From: Acaryochloris marina S15
Lineage (GTDB): Bacteria; Cyanobacteriota; Cyanobacteriia; Thermosynechococcales; Thermosynechococcaceae
DNA length: 32,000 nt
Assembly: GCF_018336915.1 (NCBI RefSeq)
Contig: NZ_CP064923.1
Span: forward strand, 4,440,001-4,472,000
Direction of reading: 5' to 3'
Part shown: piece by piece, positions 1 to 9,988 of the stretch
Layout: the number at the start of each line of letters is the position of its first letter
Position numbering within the stretch: the first letter of the stretch is position 1
Translations under genes and position numbers: made by a program
Notes under the pieces: model-generated
Databases searched by the model: none
What the model saw: only the letters and a program-made list of their open reading frames with translations
What the model was told of the DNA's origin: nothing

Positions 1-183
1 GCTCGGGTCGTCAGTGCCCAGCAAATGGAGGATGCTGAAATCTTGGTTCCAGCCATGAAAGACATCAAAAAACTGCAGAAAATCCTGTATGAGAATCTAC
101 AGCAGGCCATGCTAGATCGCAAGTCGGTAGATCAAGCCATCGCGGATGCCGAGAAAGCCTGGAATCAAACCGTAGGGGCATAG
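1..183 (+). CDS. 3' end of a gene cut by the window edge; tail resembles an ABC-transporter extracellular solute-binding protein
   Basis: Frame 1 is open from base 1 to TAG at 181-183 (...MLDRKSVDQAIADAEKAWNQTVGA*). Only 60 aa are visible, so the family call rests on resemblance alone. Overlaps the convergent folC 3' end by 19 nt. Confidence 0.35.
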   Translation, partial: ARVVSAQQMEDAEILVPAMKDIKKLQKILYENLQQAMLDRKSVDQAIADAEKAWNQTVGA

Positions 184-1436
184 GTCTGAAGATAGTGACC
201 CACTAAATACAACGAACCACATAACACTTGCATAGAGGATGTCCCAGATTCAGGTCTATAGGCATCCTCTAATGCTTTTTCTAGGCTAGGGAAGCACTGA
301 CAACGCTTCAACTCAGGACAAACTGCCATAGCCAATTCTGCTAAGGCCTGGGGTTCGGCACTACTGTGACCGGGTACGGGCACAACCGATAGAGTATCGC
401 CTGGCCTCAACAAAATTTTCAGGATATCTTGATGATCTTTGGTGGATAACATGCCCATCAGCCAATGGACCTGAGGCGGGTGCTGGCTATCTACATACTG
501 CCGTAGCCCCTTTGCGGCTGCTACGTTATGAGCACCGTCAATCAATAATGGATGCTGTTGCCAGTTAACCCACTGCAGCCGTCCCGGCCAGCGGGTGTTA
601 GCCATCCCTTCAATAATGGCTTCATCCGAGATCTGCCAGCCTTGGAGTTGGAGCTGTTTGAGAGTTGAGATCGCAACAGCTGCATTAATCAATTGAATCT
701 CCCCCGGCAAGCTGAGGGGAAACCTAACTCCCTCCGATTCTGCCCAAGGCAAAGTATCAGAGATGGCATGAGGCGCTTCAATTCGCCGCGCGGGCTGAGG
801 CCATTGCGCTGGACAATGGAGCTGTTCAATTTTGGCCTGGACCACTGCTGCAGCTTCGGGGGGGAGCGGGCCGATCACGGCGGGGCGATTAGACTTCAAA
901 ACCCCTGCTTTTTCCCCCGCAATATCAGCTAAAGTCGGACCTAAACGCTGCCAATGTTCACGGCTCAACGAGGTAATCACACTCACTAGGGGCTGATCAC
1001 AAACATTTGTCGCATCTAGACGTCCCCCGAGTCCCACTTCAATCACTGCAATATCCACCTGTTCTTGGGCAAAGTACTGCCAAGCTAGGGCAGTAATGAC
1101 CTCAAATTGAGTGGGGGTTGGGGATGATACAAGTGTCGCCTCCAGATCCAATAAAAGCTGTGTCAGGACTGAGGTCTTGATGGGCTGATTATTAATACAA
1201 ATTCTTTCGGTCCAGTCCACCAAATGGGGAGAGGTATAGCGGCCGACTCGATACCCAGCGGCGGTTAATACAGAGGAAAGATAGGCACAAACAGATCCTT
1301 TACCATTCGTACCGGCAACATGAATGATCGGCACCTGCAGGTGTGGCTGCCCTATTCGATCTAGAAGATGCTGGATCCGCTCCAGGCCCAGATGGATACC
1401 GAACCGTTCGTAGCGATTAATCAGAGATGCAAACAA
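165..1436 (-). CDS. folC: Folylpolyglutamate synthase / dihydrofolate synthase (Mur ligase family)
   Basis: 423-aa ORF with the Mur-ligase P-loop HVAGTNGKGS near the N-terminus. FolC-like length and layout (..GLERI..LL..LG.P, DGAHN motif). Confidence 0.85.
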   Translation of the reverse strand: MFASLINRYERFGIHLGLERIQHLLDRIGQPHLQVPIIHVAGTNGKGSVCAYLSSVLTAAGYRVGRYTSPHLVDWTERICINNQPIKTSVLTQLLLDLEATLVSSPTPTQFEVITALAWQYFAQEQVDIAVIEVGLGGRLDATNVCDQPLVSVITSLSREHWQRLGPTLADIAGEKAGVLKSNRPAVIGPLPPEAAAVVQAKIEQLHCPAQWPQPARRIEAPHAISDTLPWAESEGVRFPLSLPGEIQLINAAVAISTLKQLQLQGWQISDEAIIEGMANTRWPGRLQWVNWQQHPLLIDGAHNVAAAKGLRQYVDSQHPPQVHWLMGMLSTKDHQDILKILLRPGDTLSVVPVPGHSSAEPQALAELAMAVCPELKRCQCFPSLEKALEDAYRPESGTSSMQVLCGSLYLVGHYLQTYAPTV

Positions 1437-1468
1437 TGAGGGCAGCCGAAAGAAACGAAAGGGAAGAC

Positions 1469-1969
1469 TTAGAGCCCTGGCCCTGAATCATCAAAGGAAA
1501 TGGGACGAGGTTTGCGTCCTGCCTGCTGAGGTGAAATTCGCTTAGTATAGGTCACCGGAATTTGGGAACCGAGACTATTCACCTGTTGATATTTTCGATC
1601 TTCCTCTAGCTTCTGAAGCTGAGTGTAGTCTATCCAGTGAATACAATCCACTGGGCAAGTATCAATGGCTTCTTGGACAATCTCAAACGCGTCTCCGTCC
1701 TGACGAAACACCCGAGACCGTCCATACCCCGGCTCAATATAAAACGTGTTTCGGGCGACATGGGCACAATGCCTACAGCCAATACAGGTCGGTTCGTCTA
1801 CAAAAACTCCTTTTTGACGAATCACTCCGCCCAGCTCAGGTTCAAGGCCAGTGCGCTCGCTATCAGGTCGCAACCCACCCCCTAGTTCAGGTTCTAGACC
1901 CGAGCGCGAGGGGGCAGGTTGGGTAGATTGTGGCATCCCATCGGGGGCACCAGATGTTGAATCAGTCAT
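1469..1969 (-). CDS. Single-cluster [4Fe-4S]/[3Fe-4S] ferredoxin-domain protein with a Gly/Pro/Glu-rich N-terminal repeat
   Basis: CIGCRHCAHV...DTCPVDCIHW gives a CxxCxxC...CP cluster ligand pattern. N-terminus has a duplicated GLEPELGG motif. Its ATG overlaps the upstream ycf35 stop (TAATG on the minus strand). Confidence 0.7.
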   Translation of the reverse strand: MTDSTSGAPDGMPQSTQPAPSRSGLEPELGGGLRPDSERTGLEPELGGVIRQKGVFVDEPTCIGCRHCAHVARNTFYIEPGYGRSRVFRQDGDAFEIVQEAIDTCPVDCIHWIDYTQLQKLEEDRKYQQVNSLGSQIPVTYTKRISPQQAGRKPRPISFDDSGPGL

Positions 1970-2355
1970 TACGCATTCCAGCGCTGAACCACTAGACGAA
2001 TCGAACCATCTTCATTATTGACTTGCTCGGCAACCTGAAAGCCTTGCTGAGCAGTTGTATTAATCACAGTGTGATAGGCATAGCGCTGAGTCACTTGATC
2101 TAGGAAGCGATCAACAGACCATGCCTGTTGCCAAAAGTCCATGTCAGCAACGAGCTCATACTCCTCGTCTTTTTTGCTGAAACCAATGTCGTAACCGTTG
2201 TCTTGTTCAATCACCAACTCGGCAGATTGAGTTTTGCCTTTATATCCTCTAATCGGCTGAGGGCCAGATTTCCAGTCTAGACCGAGGTCGTTTAATGCTG
2301 ACTGTAATGCAGGCAGATTACGGATTTGAGTTTTGATTTGGCTGAAATGAGACAT
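1969..2355 (-). CDS. ycf35: Ycf35-like protein (DUF1257)
   Basis: 128 aa starting MSHFSQIKTQIRNLPALQSALNDLG, which I recognise as the DUF1257/Ycf35 N-terminus. Sits in the typical DUF2997 / DUF1257 / ferredoxin neighbourhood. Confidence 0.7.
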   Translation of the reverse strand: MSHFSQIKTQIRNLPALQSALNDLGLDWKSGPQPIRGYKGKTQSAELVIEQDNGYDIGFSKKDEEYELVADMDFWQQAWSVDRFLDQVTQRYAYHTVINTTAQQGFQVAEQVNNEDGSIRLVVQRWNA

Positions 2356-2420
2356 AGTGACTTGATTTTGTGAGTGATATGAACAATTAGGAGAGGAAAC
2401 TTGAGCCTAAAATCCAGGAT

Positions 2421-2630
2421 TTACCATTGGCTATGGCCAACTTGATTCACAGCAGTTTGCTGCAAGGTTTCGGGTTGAGTAAAAAATTCTGAAGTGGGTT
2501 GATGGGTCACCACTTTTCCAAGTTGGGCTTCGATGGCGGCAGTCACTTCTGCACAGGACGCGCCCACAATACCGGTCACCATTTCCTGCACCCGACCATC
2601 CGGGTAAATGACAAACTCAAGGGTTTCCAT
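2421..2630 (-). CDS. DUF2997-like small protein
   Basis: 69 aa (METLEFVIYPDGRVQEMVTGIVGASCAEVT...). The size, sequence pattern and position immediately upstream of ycf35 fit DUF2997. Family name is from memory. Confidence 0.55.
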   Translation of the reverse strand: METLEFVIYPDGRVQEMVTGIVGASCAEVTAAIEAQLGKVVTHQPTSEFFTQPETLQQTAVNQVGHSQW

Positions 2631-3130
2631 GCTTTATATACCACCGAAAACTAGAGGAGCTGGGCAAGATCCAATGCACTCCAGCATCGAACCTAATAAG
2701 TTGTCGTAATGAACCGTTATCAATTTAGGACAAATTATAACAAAAGTTCTTGATTGAGAGAGTAATGACTTGATTTTAGTTTCTAAGAAGACTCAAAAGG
2801 CGTCAAGTCTTGATATGTAAAATTTTGTAGAGGCAGCATGGAACCGACAGCTCAAAGGGTTAACGCTAGTTCCTGAGAACTAACATCAAACTTTTTCGCA
2901 ATTGAGGCCCTGTGCTAAACCCCTTTTTTACGGATACAAGACATAGCAGTAGAGACTTAAACTGTATTTCTAGGCAAGGGAAACCGTCTCTTAGTTAAGA
3001 CCGTAACGCAGGTATGCTAAGAAAGTCATTCGTTTATCCATTCTCTAATTAAGAAAGATAAAGAAATGTATTTATCTTTACAAAAGAGACACAAAACTGT
3101 TCAGCCCACTGGCCCAAGCCACCTCATCGG

Positions 3131-4489
3131 CTAGAACGCTTTCTGCCAGCCCAGGGTTAACACCCAATCTGTTTCCAATTGGGGGCCATCTAGGGATTGA
3201 TAGACAGGCAGAGCAAATTCTACGGCCAACCGATGCCCCGCCAGGACTCCCTTATTGACTAGAAAGTTTAGGCCCAACCCCACATCCAAGCGGGTTCCTC
3301 CTCGGAGATTGGGGTTTGCAGTCGGGATAAGAGCAGGATTTAGTCGAGGATCGGCACCAGAAATATTCCCCCAGGTCGCACCATTCAACCGTATCGACGT
3401 GCTAAACCAGTTATTCCAACGGCGGGCTCCCCATCCAGTCAGGTTGAAGCGATTGCCGAGGCGATAACTATTACCATTCGTTCCTAGGCGGATGGTTCCC
3501 AATGCTTGTCCACCCCAGGACCAATCGTCTGTTTGGCCTAAATAAGTAATCCCAGGATGTAAGTCAAAGGTACCCGAACCCAGCTGCATGGGATAGGGGA
3601 GAACTTGATTCGGTCCAGCAGGGGTATCGTCTCTGCGGTTGGTCGATCCAGTCGGAAAGCTGATCCCGGCGTTGAAGTGGAGGCGCTGCCGATTCTGATC
3701 GAGAATTTTGTATAACCCCATCAACCGAATATCCCCAAAGCCATCGGATTGAGTCGTAAACCGGGTGCCCATACGGGTGACATGTTCCATGGTTTTGAAC
3801 ACATAGGGAGCCATCAAGCTCAGGGTGAGTTCATCCGTAGGGGCGTACATGGCTCCTAACATGTGCATATCCGTCGTCATTTCTGTGGGGGACACTCGGA
3901 ACTGTTGCAGCACTTGAGCAGGCGTTAAGTCGGTCGTGCCATCTCGATTCCCTGCCATATCCATGCGCATAAAGCGGTAGGAAAACATGAATTCACCGGC
4001 TTCATGGGTGTGATCACCCATGACACCGATGGGCGCATGGCCATCTGGACGACCTGCACGCCACAGGTTATCTGAGGGTTCTGTGGGTTCTGAATCGTCA
4101 TCCCTCCCAGCAGATGGTTCTTCCTCCGTTGAATCCCCCTCCAAGCGATCAGCCATTTGTAGGGGTGCTTCAACGGAGACAAGAATGTCCCAGTCCTGAG
4201 GATGATTAACCGATTTCGTTTCTAGCGCAGCTATATTCTGGAGGTCAGACTCAGCCACAACGAGTTGATCCTTAGAGGCATTGTTCCGAAGGTCAGACTC
4301 AGCAACAACGGCTTGATCCTCAGCAACCTTGAGAGAAAATAGCTCTGAAACTTCTAACAGCTTAGTTTGAGGCTGTTTTAAGTTGAGATCTTCAGCCCTG
4401 CAGGGCTCTATTCCTAAGAGAATAGCGAGGATCATTGAACTAGAAAACAGTAATGCCGGGGGAGAACACCAAAGGAAGTTGACTTTCAA
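3131..4489 (-). CDS. Outer-membrane beta-barrel transporter-like protein (MetA-pathway/phenol-degradation-like family) with an acidic repeat N-terminal region
   Basis: Signal-peptide-like N-terminus and a 16-aa tandem motif (DQAVVAESDLRNNASK / DQLVVAESDLQNIAA). Contains GDHTHEAGEFMFSYRFMRM, an alternating beta-strand C-terminal half and a terminal aromatic residue (..GWQKAF). Confidence 0.5.
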   Translation of the reverse strand: MKVNFLWCSPPALLFSSSMILAILLGIEPCRAEDLNLKQPQTKLLEVSELFSLKVAEDQAVVAESDLRNNASKDQLVVAESDLQNIAALETKSVNHPQDWDILVSVEAPLQMADRLEGDSTEEEPSAGRDDDSEPTEPSDNLWRAGRPDGHAPIGVMGDHTHEAGEFMFSYRFMRMDMAGNRDGTTDLTPAQVLQQFRVSPTEMTTDMHMLGAMYAPTDELTLSLMAPYVFKTMEHVTRMGTRFTTQSDGFGDIRLMGLYKILDQNRQRLHFNAGISFPTGSTNRRDDTPAGPNQVLPYPMQLGSGTFDLHPGITYLGQTDDWSWGGQALGTIRLGTNGNSYRLGNRFNLTGWGARRWNNWFSTSIRLNGATWGNISGADPRLNPALIPTANPNLRGGTRLDVGLGLNFLVNKGVLAGHRLAVEFALPVYQSLDGPQLETDWVLTLGWQKAF

Positions 4490-4676
4490 AACAAATCCTA
4501 TTTTTTTGCAGATAAAGATAACTCGGTATTCTCGTAAAATCCTTTTGTGGCGTCAAAAGACCAGCCGTCTTAGTTCGACAACTGGTCAAAGACAGCCGTC
4601 ACTCAGGTGAAATCCATCAACATCAGTTGTGCACAGAGTCTTTAGAGAGGGTAAACCCGCCAACGCTATGACTTGA

Positions 4677-6431
4677 TTACATCAACTGTTTGGCATACAA
4701 ACTGGCATAGCGAGATGTGCCATTAGCCATCAGCTGTTGATGGGTGCCGGATTCCACAAGTTGGCCTTGTTCAACCACAAAAATGCGATCCGCGTTCAGA
4801 ACGGTGGTTAGACGATGGGCAATCAGGATAATGGTGCAATGACCAGAGACCGACTTGCGGTCATCGGACATTAGATTCTCCAAGGCGGCCTGAACCAAAG
4901 CTTCAGATTCTGTATCCAAGGCAGATGTAGCCTCATCCAAAACCAAGATACGGGGATGATGAAAGACAGCTCGGGCGATCGCAATACGCTGCCGCTGTCC
5001 CCCTGAAAGGGTGGTACCTTGTTCTCCTAAATAGGTATGAAAGCCCTGGGGCAGTTTTTGGATAAATTCGCTAGCATTGGCGATGTCAGCGGCTTTCTGG
5101 ACCTGGACTAGATCAAAATCAGCATGGCCATAGGCAATATTTTGGCCGATCGTACCTGAGAATAAATAGGTGTGCTGCGGCACGATACCAATATGTTGAT
5201 ACCAACTCTGTCGAGGGACAGTTTGCAGATCAATCCCATCAATCAGAATTTGGCCTGCCGTCGGCTGATACAGACGCAACAATAGATGAGCCAAGGTTGA
5301 TTTCCCGGCACCAGATGGACCGATCAGGGCCACGGTCTCTCCGGGGCACACCTGAAAATTTAGGTTCTCTAATACAGGCTGCTGGGGGGTATAGGCAAAG
5401 GACACTTGCCGAAATTCCACTGCACCTTTAATGCGGGACAACGGCTTGGCATTCTGGGGTTCAGGGTGAGAAGGTAGCTCAAGGAGGGCCTGAATGCGAT
5501 CGATGGAGGCTTGTCCCTGCTTGAATTTGTTGTAGTTTTCCGTGATCAGATTGATCGGATCAATCAGTAAAACCGCCGCAGCCACAAAGCTAATAAATTG
5601 ACTGGGGGTCAGCTGCCCCAAACTGATCTGCCAGCCACCGATCAGAAAGAGTAACGAGACTGCGATCGCTTCGATAATCCCCACAATCGGATATTGAATC
5701 GCCTTGATCCGCTCGACGGCAAAGGTGGCCTGACGGCTCTGTCGAGCCACCTGCATAAATCGCTCCATTTCATAATCTTCGGCCCCATAGGCTTTCACCA
5801 CTGCCATACCGCTCAGGGTCTCCGTTAGAAGACTGGCTAATGTTGCCACCTGGGTTTGGCTTCTCCGGGCAAAGGCCAGTAGGCGCTCACCAAACCAGCC
5901 AATTACCCCGCCCACCACCGGTGCTAATACCAAAGCCGCGACGGTCAAGGTCCAGTTGAGATAAATCATATAGGCCAGAACCGCCACTAGCTGAAGCACA
6001 CAGGGCACAGATTGATGAAACAGCTGGTTGAGAATCTCGCCAATTCGATCAATATCTTCCGTCAAACGATAGACCAAATCACCAGTGGCGGATTGCTGGA
6101 AATAGGGCAAATTTTGCTGCTGAAGCTGGGCATAGGCGCGGCAACGGAGGTTTAAGGTGATATCAAAGGCAACTTTGGCCATCAACACATCTTGGCCATA
6201 TTCAAATCCGCCTCGAATCACAAAAAACAGGCCCACTACACCGGGTAAATACAGGAGTGCCTGGAGGTTTTGATCCCCCACATACTGAGCGGCCTGACCA
6301 ATTAGAAAGGCAATCATCGGCATGGACAGCACATAGACCACCGTGCAGACCAAGGCGAACGTCAATGATCGCCGATACACCCGGATATGGGGGAAAAGTG
6401 CTAAATAGGAGAAACGAGAGTTCAATACCAA
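4677..6431 (-). CDS. ABC exporter, fused permease/ATPase (MsbA-like)
   Basis: Six-TM N-terminal half, then Walker A GPSGAGKST, signature LSGGQRQR and Walker B ILVLDEATS. Confidence 0.85.
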   Translation of the reverse strand: MVLNSRFSYLALFPHIRVYRRSLTFALVCTVVYVLSMPMIAFLIGQAAQYVGDQNLQALLYLPGVVGLFFVIRGGFEYGQDVLMAKVAFDITLNLRCRAYAQLQQQNLPYFQQSATGDLVYRLTEDIDRIGEILNQLFHQSVPCVLQLVAVLAYMIYLNWTLTVAALVLAPVVGGVIGWFGERLLAFARRSQTQVATLASLLTETLSGMAVVKAYGAEDYEMERFMQVARQSRQATFAVERIKAIQYPIVGIIEAIAVSLLFLIGGWQISLGQLTPSQFISFVAAAVLLIDPINLITENYNKFKQGQASIDRIQALLELPSHPEPQNAKPLSRIKGAVEFRQVSFAYTPQQPVLENLNFQVCPGETVALIGPSGAGKSTLAHLLLRLYQPTAGQILIDGIDLQTVPRQSWYQHIGIVPQHTYLFSGTIGQNIAYGHADFDLVQVQKAADIANASEFIQKLPQGFHTYLGEQGTTLSGGQRQRIAIARAVFHHPRILVLDEATSALDTESEALVQAALENLMSDDRKSVSGHCTIILIAHRLTTVLNADRIFVVEQGQLVESGTHQQLMANGTSRYASLYAKQLM

Positions 6432-6570
6432 TTCAGTCCATCACAGCAGCATTCGGCATCCGCCCAGTAGGATAGAGAAATATCCCGCTGCCCTAAGCAC
6501 AGCGTATAAGCTCACCCCCAAGACCCCCTGCACGAAGCACTATCCGAGTCATCGACCTGACGATTGAGAT

Positions 6571-8820
6571 TTGCCCATGACATCTCCTAAACCTTCGCCG
6601 TCAAAAACCCTGTTAGGGAATGTGACGCAGGTGGTTCGTACCATTCAAGCGAAAGCAGATCTGTCAAAGCTTACCCTGAAGCGTAATGCTCGGGTGCCAG
6701 AGTTAAAAATTAATTCCGGTGAAGGGGAACCCCAAAGCTACCCCCTGATTAGCGATCGCTATATTATTGGCCGCAGTGCCCGCACCTGTGACATTGTGAT
6801 TCGCAATCCCATCGTTAGCCAGGTGCATGCCTCAATCCAGCGGGATGGTAAGCGCCGCACCTTTTTGATTCGGGATGAGCAATCCACCAACGGCATCTTC
6901 CGCCGCAAACGTCGGGTGGACTCCCATGCGTTGCGCCACAAAGATGTCTTGACCCTGGGACCTGCGGCTCTCGAAGCTGCAGTAAGTGTCGAATATATTG
7001 ATCCGCCGCCCTGGTACGTGCGAGGGATGCGCTATCTGCTCTATGGCACCGCAGGAGTCGTGGGTTTAACCCTACTCGTAGTCGCTGCAGAATGGCAGAA
7101 GTTTACCGTTCGCCCATTACCCACCACCAACCAAGGCCCCATTGTCGTTCTATCCCGAGACCAAACCCCGTTAGCACGACGTCGGGACACGGTCCATGGT
7201 GAGCTAAAAAGTCTGGATGACTTTTCTCCCTATATTAGGGATGCCTTGTTGGCCTCAGAAGATAGTCGGTTCTACTGGCATATGGGCGTCGACCCCATTG
7301 GCATTGTTCGAGCAGTGATTACCAACATCTCCGGGGGCAGCGTCAGAGAAGGGGCAAGTACGATTACCCAACAGCTCTCTCGCAGCGTTTTTCGTAGCTA
7401 TGTGGGCAGTGAGGATACCCTAGATCGGAAGTTCCGAGAAGCCGTCGTTGCTCTGAAATTAGAGACCTACTACAGTAAAGACTTTTTGTTACTGACCTAT
7501 TTGAATAAGGTCTATTTAGGCATCTATGCCAATGGATTCGAAGATGCGGCTCGCTTTTACTTTGATAAACCCGCCAAAGACTTGAGCATTGCTGAATCCG
7601 CTACCCTTGTGGGCATTTTGCCTGCCCCCAATGCTTTTAACCCCGTTCAGGACTACAACGCGGCCCTGGAATTCCGTAATCGAGTCATTACTCGCATGGC
7701 TCAGCAAGGTCGGATTAGCCAAACAGAAGCCGATCGGGCACGCCGCTCCCGCATTGAGATTAGTCCCAATGCTCGGGAAGAGCTGCAAAGCGTTAAGGCT
7801 CCCTATTACTACAGCTATGTCTTTGATGAGTTAGAGGAATTGTTAGGGGCCAGTCTGGCCCAAGAAGGCAATTTTATTATCACCACTAATTTAGATCTGG
7901 CAGTGCAAAATACGGCCGAACAAACCCTATCCAATGCCATCGCCACCTCTGGATCAACCTTTGGCTATTCCCAAGGGGCCTTACTCACCGTGGATTATGA
8001 AGCGGGAGAAATTATTGCGTTGGTGGGGGGCGCAGACTATAGCAAAAGTCAGTTCAATCGAGTCACTCAAGCCCAGCGTCAACCGGGTTCGACCTTTAAG
8101 CTGTTTGGCTATACGGCAGCCGTGGATGCCAATATTTCCCCCAACAAAACCTATTCCTGTTCTCCGTTTGCATGGCAGGGGCAAACCTTTACCGGCTGCC
8201 AGAATGGGGGGAGCGGCAACATTGACATGTTTCGGGGATTTGCCCTGTCTGAAAATGTGGTGGCTTTACGGGTTGCCCAAGATGTCGGCATTCCCAGAGT
8301 GATTCAAACCGCTCGCCAACTGGGAATTTCTTCTCCCTTACAAGCTGTTCCAGCCCTGGTCTTGGGGCAAAGTGAAGTAACGCCCTTAGAGCTAACACGG
8401 GCTTTTGCCGTTGTGGCCAACCGTGGCCGACGCCATACGCCCCGCGCCATTCGGCAGGTGCTCGATGCCGGAGACTGCAAAGATTCCCGTTCTATTTCCA
8501 CCTGCCGGGTGATCTATGAGGCTACCCAAAATGCCAGTACCCAGGTCTTAGATCCAGGGGTTGCCGTCGTTATGCAAGACATGATGCGTCAAGTGGTGCA
8601 ATCGGGGACCGGCAGCGGTGCTGGGATTGCCTCGGGAGCTGCGGGTAAAACAGGCACCACTAACCTTGGCCGAGATTTATGGTTTGTGGGTTACGTGCCT
8701 CGCCGCAATTTATTGACGGGGATTTGGCTCGGCAATGATGACAATAGTCCCACTTCAGGGAGTAGTGCCCAAGCTGCTGCTGTCTGGGGAGATTACATGC
8801 GGCAAATCATCAATCAATGA
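6571..8820 (+). CDS. Class A penicillin-binding protein (GT51 transglycosylase + transpeptidase) with an N-terminal cytoplasmic FHA domain
   Basis: FHA-like YIIGRSARTCDIVIRNPIVSQVHASIQRDGKRRTFLIRDEQSTNGIF. TM helix YLLYGTAGVVGLTLLVVAAEW. GT51 motifs EDSRFYWHMGVD and GASTITQQL. Transpeptidase motifs STFK, SEN and KTGTT. Confidence 0.85.
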   Translation: MPMTSPKPSPSKTLLGNVTQVVRTIQAKADLSKLTLKRNARVPELKINSGEGEPQSYPLISDRYIIGRSARTCDIVIRNPIVSQVHASIQRDGKRRTFLIRDEQSTNGIFRRKRRVDSHALRHKDVLTLGPAALEAAVSVEYIDPPPWYVRGMRYLLYGTAGVVGLTLLVVAAEWQKFTVRPLPTTNQGPIVVLSRDQTPLARRRDTVHGELKSLDDFSPYIRDALLASEDSRFYWHMGVDPIGIVRAVITNISGGSVREGASTITQQLSRSVFRSYVGSEDTLDRKFREAVVALKLETYYSKDFLLLTYLNKVYLGIYANGFEDAARFYFDKPAKDLSIAESATLVGILPAPNAFNPVQDYNAALEFRNRVITRMAQQGRISQTEADRARRSRIEISPNAREELQSVKAPYYYSYVFDELEELLGASLAQEGNFIITTNLDLAVQNTAEQTLSNAIATSGSTFGYSQGALLTVDYEAGEIIALVGGADYSKSQFNRVTQAQRQPGSTFKLFGYTAAVDANISPNKTYSCSPFAWQGQTFTGCQNGGSGNIDMFRGFALSENVVALRVAQDVGIPRVIQTARQLGISSPLQAVPALVLGQSEVTPLELTRAFAVVANRGRRHTPRAIRQVLDAGDCKDSRSISTCRVIYEATQNASTQVLDPGVAVVMQDMMRQVVQSGTGSGAGIASGAAGKTGTTNLGRDLWFVGYVPRRNLLTGIWLGNDDNSPTSGSSAQAAAVWGDYMRQIINQ

Positions 8821-8910
8821 CAGGGCATAATGATGAAGGTTGTATTAAGATATATTATATATTCTTACAAAAAACCTTAAGGTTAAGTTGTAATCCCTTA
8901 TGTATCACCT

Positions 8911-9303
8911 TTGGAAGATCCGGCACTAACATCAGATCAAACCTTAAATCCTGACCTCAATCTGCAAAAAGCATTATTGATGGTCCTTGGATGGTTGCTA
9001 GTGATCGCAGTGATTATTGTCGCTGTCCATCAGATGCGTTTGTCTGATCCTTATGTGCGAGATGTGTTGCACCAGGAAGGTAAGGTTTCTCAAGGCAATG
9101 CTATTTTCCAGCTCAATTGTTCTGGCTGTCATGGCACATCAGGAGATGGCAAGGTAGGTCCCAGCCTGCGCCGTGTCGCTACTCACCGGTCTCAGGTGGG
9201 TTTGATTTATCAAGTCACTAGCGGTAAAACACCACCGATGCCAAAGTTCAAAGCAAATCCCCAAGAGATGGCCGATCTGCTGGAATATTTGAAAACCCTT
9301 TAA
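8911..9303 (+). CDS. Membrane-anchored c-type cytochrome
   Basis: Heme-binding CSGCH and a distal Met in ..GKTPPMPKF. One N-terminal TM helix. The start is ambiguous: TTG at 8911 or ATG at 8980. Confidence 0.6.
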   Translation: MEDPALTSDQTLNPDLNLQKALLMVLGWLLVIAVIIVAVHQMRLSDPYVRDVLHQEGKVSQGNAIFQLNCSGCHGTSGDGKVGPSLRRVATHRSQVGLIYQVTSGKTPPMPKFKANPQEMADLLEYLKTL

Positions 9304-9596
9304 TCTGATTCCTGTTGGACTTGCACAATGGCCTGACGGAACCCCAGCACAATCACAATATTAGATAGGGTCAGAAAGACTTCTGCTGAACCATGAAGCC
9401 AGTCGAGATTGGCTAAGGAAACGTCATAGACTTTGAGGGCATAGATGCCAGCAGGGGCGGTGACCGCAATAAACAACAAGGTTAAGTAAAACCCAATTAG
9501 AGCCAGTCGGGGCGCTTGGCCAGATCGGGTCAAAAACCACAGAAACCCTAGGTAGGGGATAAGGGAAACTGCAAACAGCGCGTCTTTAAGAGCCAT
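9300..9596 (-). CDS. Small integral membrane protein (DUF3593-like)
   Basis: 98 aa with three predicted TM helices, adjacent to the DUF2499-like gene as is commonly seen in cyanobacteria. Family name is from memory. Confidence 0.45.
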   Translation of the reverse strand: MALKDALFAVSLIPYLGFLWFLTRSGQAPRLALIGFYLTLLFIAVTAPAGIYALKVYDVSLANLDWLHGSAEVFLTLSNIVIVLGFRQAIVQVQQESD

Positions 9597-9611
9597 AGTT
9601 CATCTATTAGG

Positions 9612-9917
9612 TTAAGCATCGTTAGGCTGGCGTTGAGACCAAAGCAGGGCAGCAGCACCACAGAGAGCAATATTGCCAAGGACGGTCATAGACGCTTGTA
9701 AGGTCACGAGCCATTCCAGTTCGGCAGGATTATCGAAGAAATGCCAAGTACAGGCACACATGGCCCCCACCAAGGCGGGCAGCATGGCCAAGGAAAACCA
9801 CCGCCATGCCGGATTTTGGCTGACTTCGCTATAGGTCCAAATCAGCCAAATGGCCATAATCCACTCGATCACGCTGGAGACGTGAATAATCCAAGTGGGA
9901 ATTGAGAGGGCGTGCAT
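9612..9917 (-). CDS. Ycf49-like membrane protein (DUF2499-like)
   Basis: 101 aa (MHALSIPTWIIHVSSVIEWIMAIWLIW...) with three TM helices. Pattern matches my memory of the Ycf49-like family. Confidence 0.5.
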   Translation of the reverse strand: MHALSIPTWIIHVSSVIEWIMAIWLIWTYSEVSQNPAWRWFSLAMLPALVGAMCACTWHFFDNPAELEWLVTLQASMTVLGNIALCGAAALLWSQRQPNDA

Positions 9918-9988
9918 AAACCATTCATGAATAAGTGGCTGTCTACGATAATCTTACAGAAGATTGGATTGGGAGAGGTCTGAAACCG

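Noticed and set aside
6759-8501. Several 60-122-aa ORFs nested in or antisense to the PBP gene; similar nested ORFs occur in folC, the OM barrel, csaB, ispE, HlyD, the GTPase gene and others
   Set aside because: All lie inside longer ORFs that have clear family motifs. Their Arg/Pro/Ser-rich composition is typical of off-frame translation.
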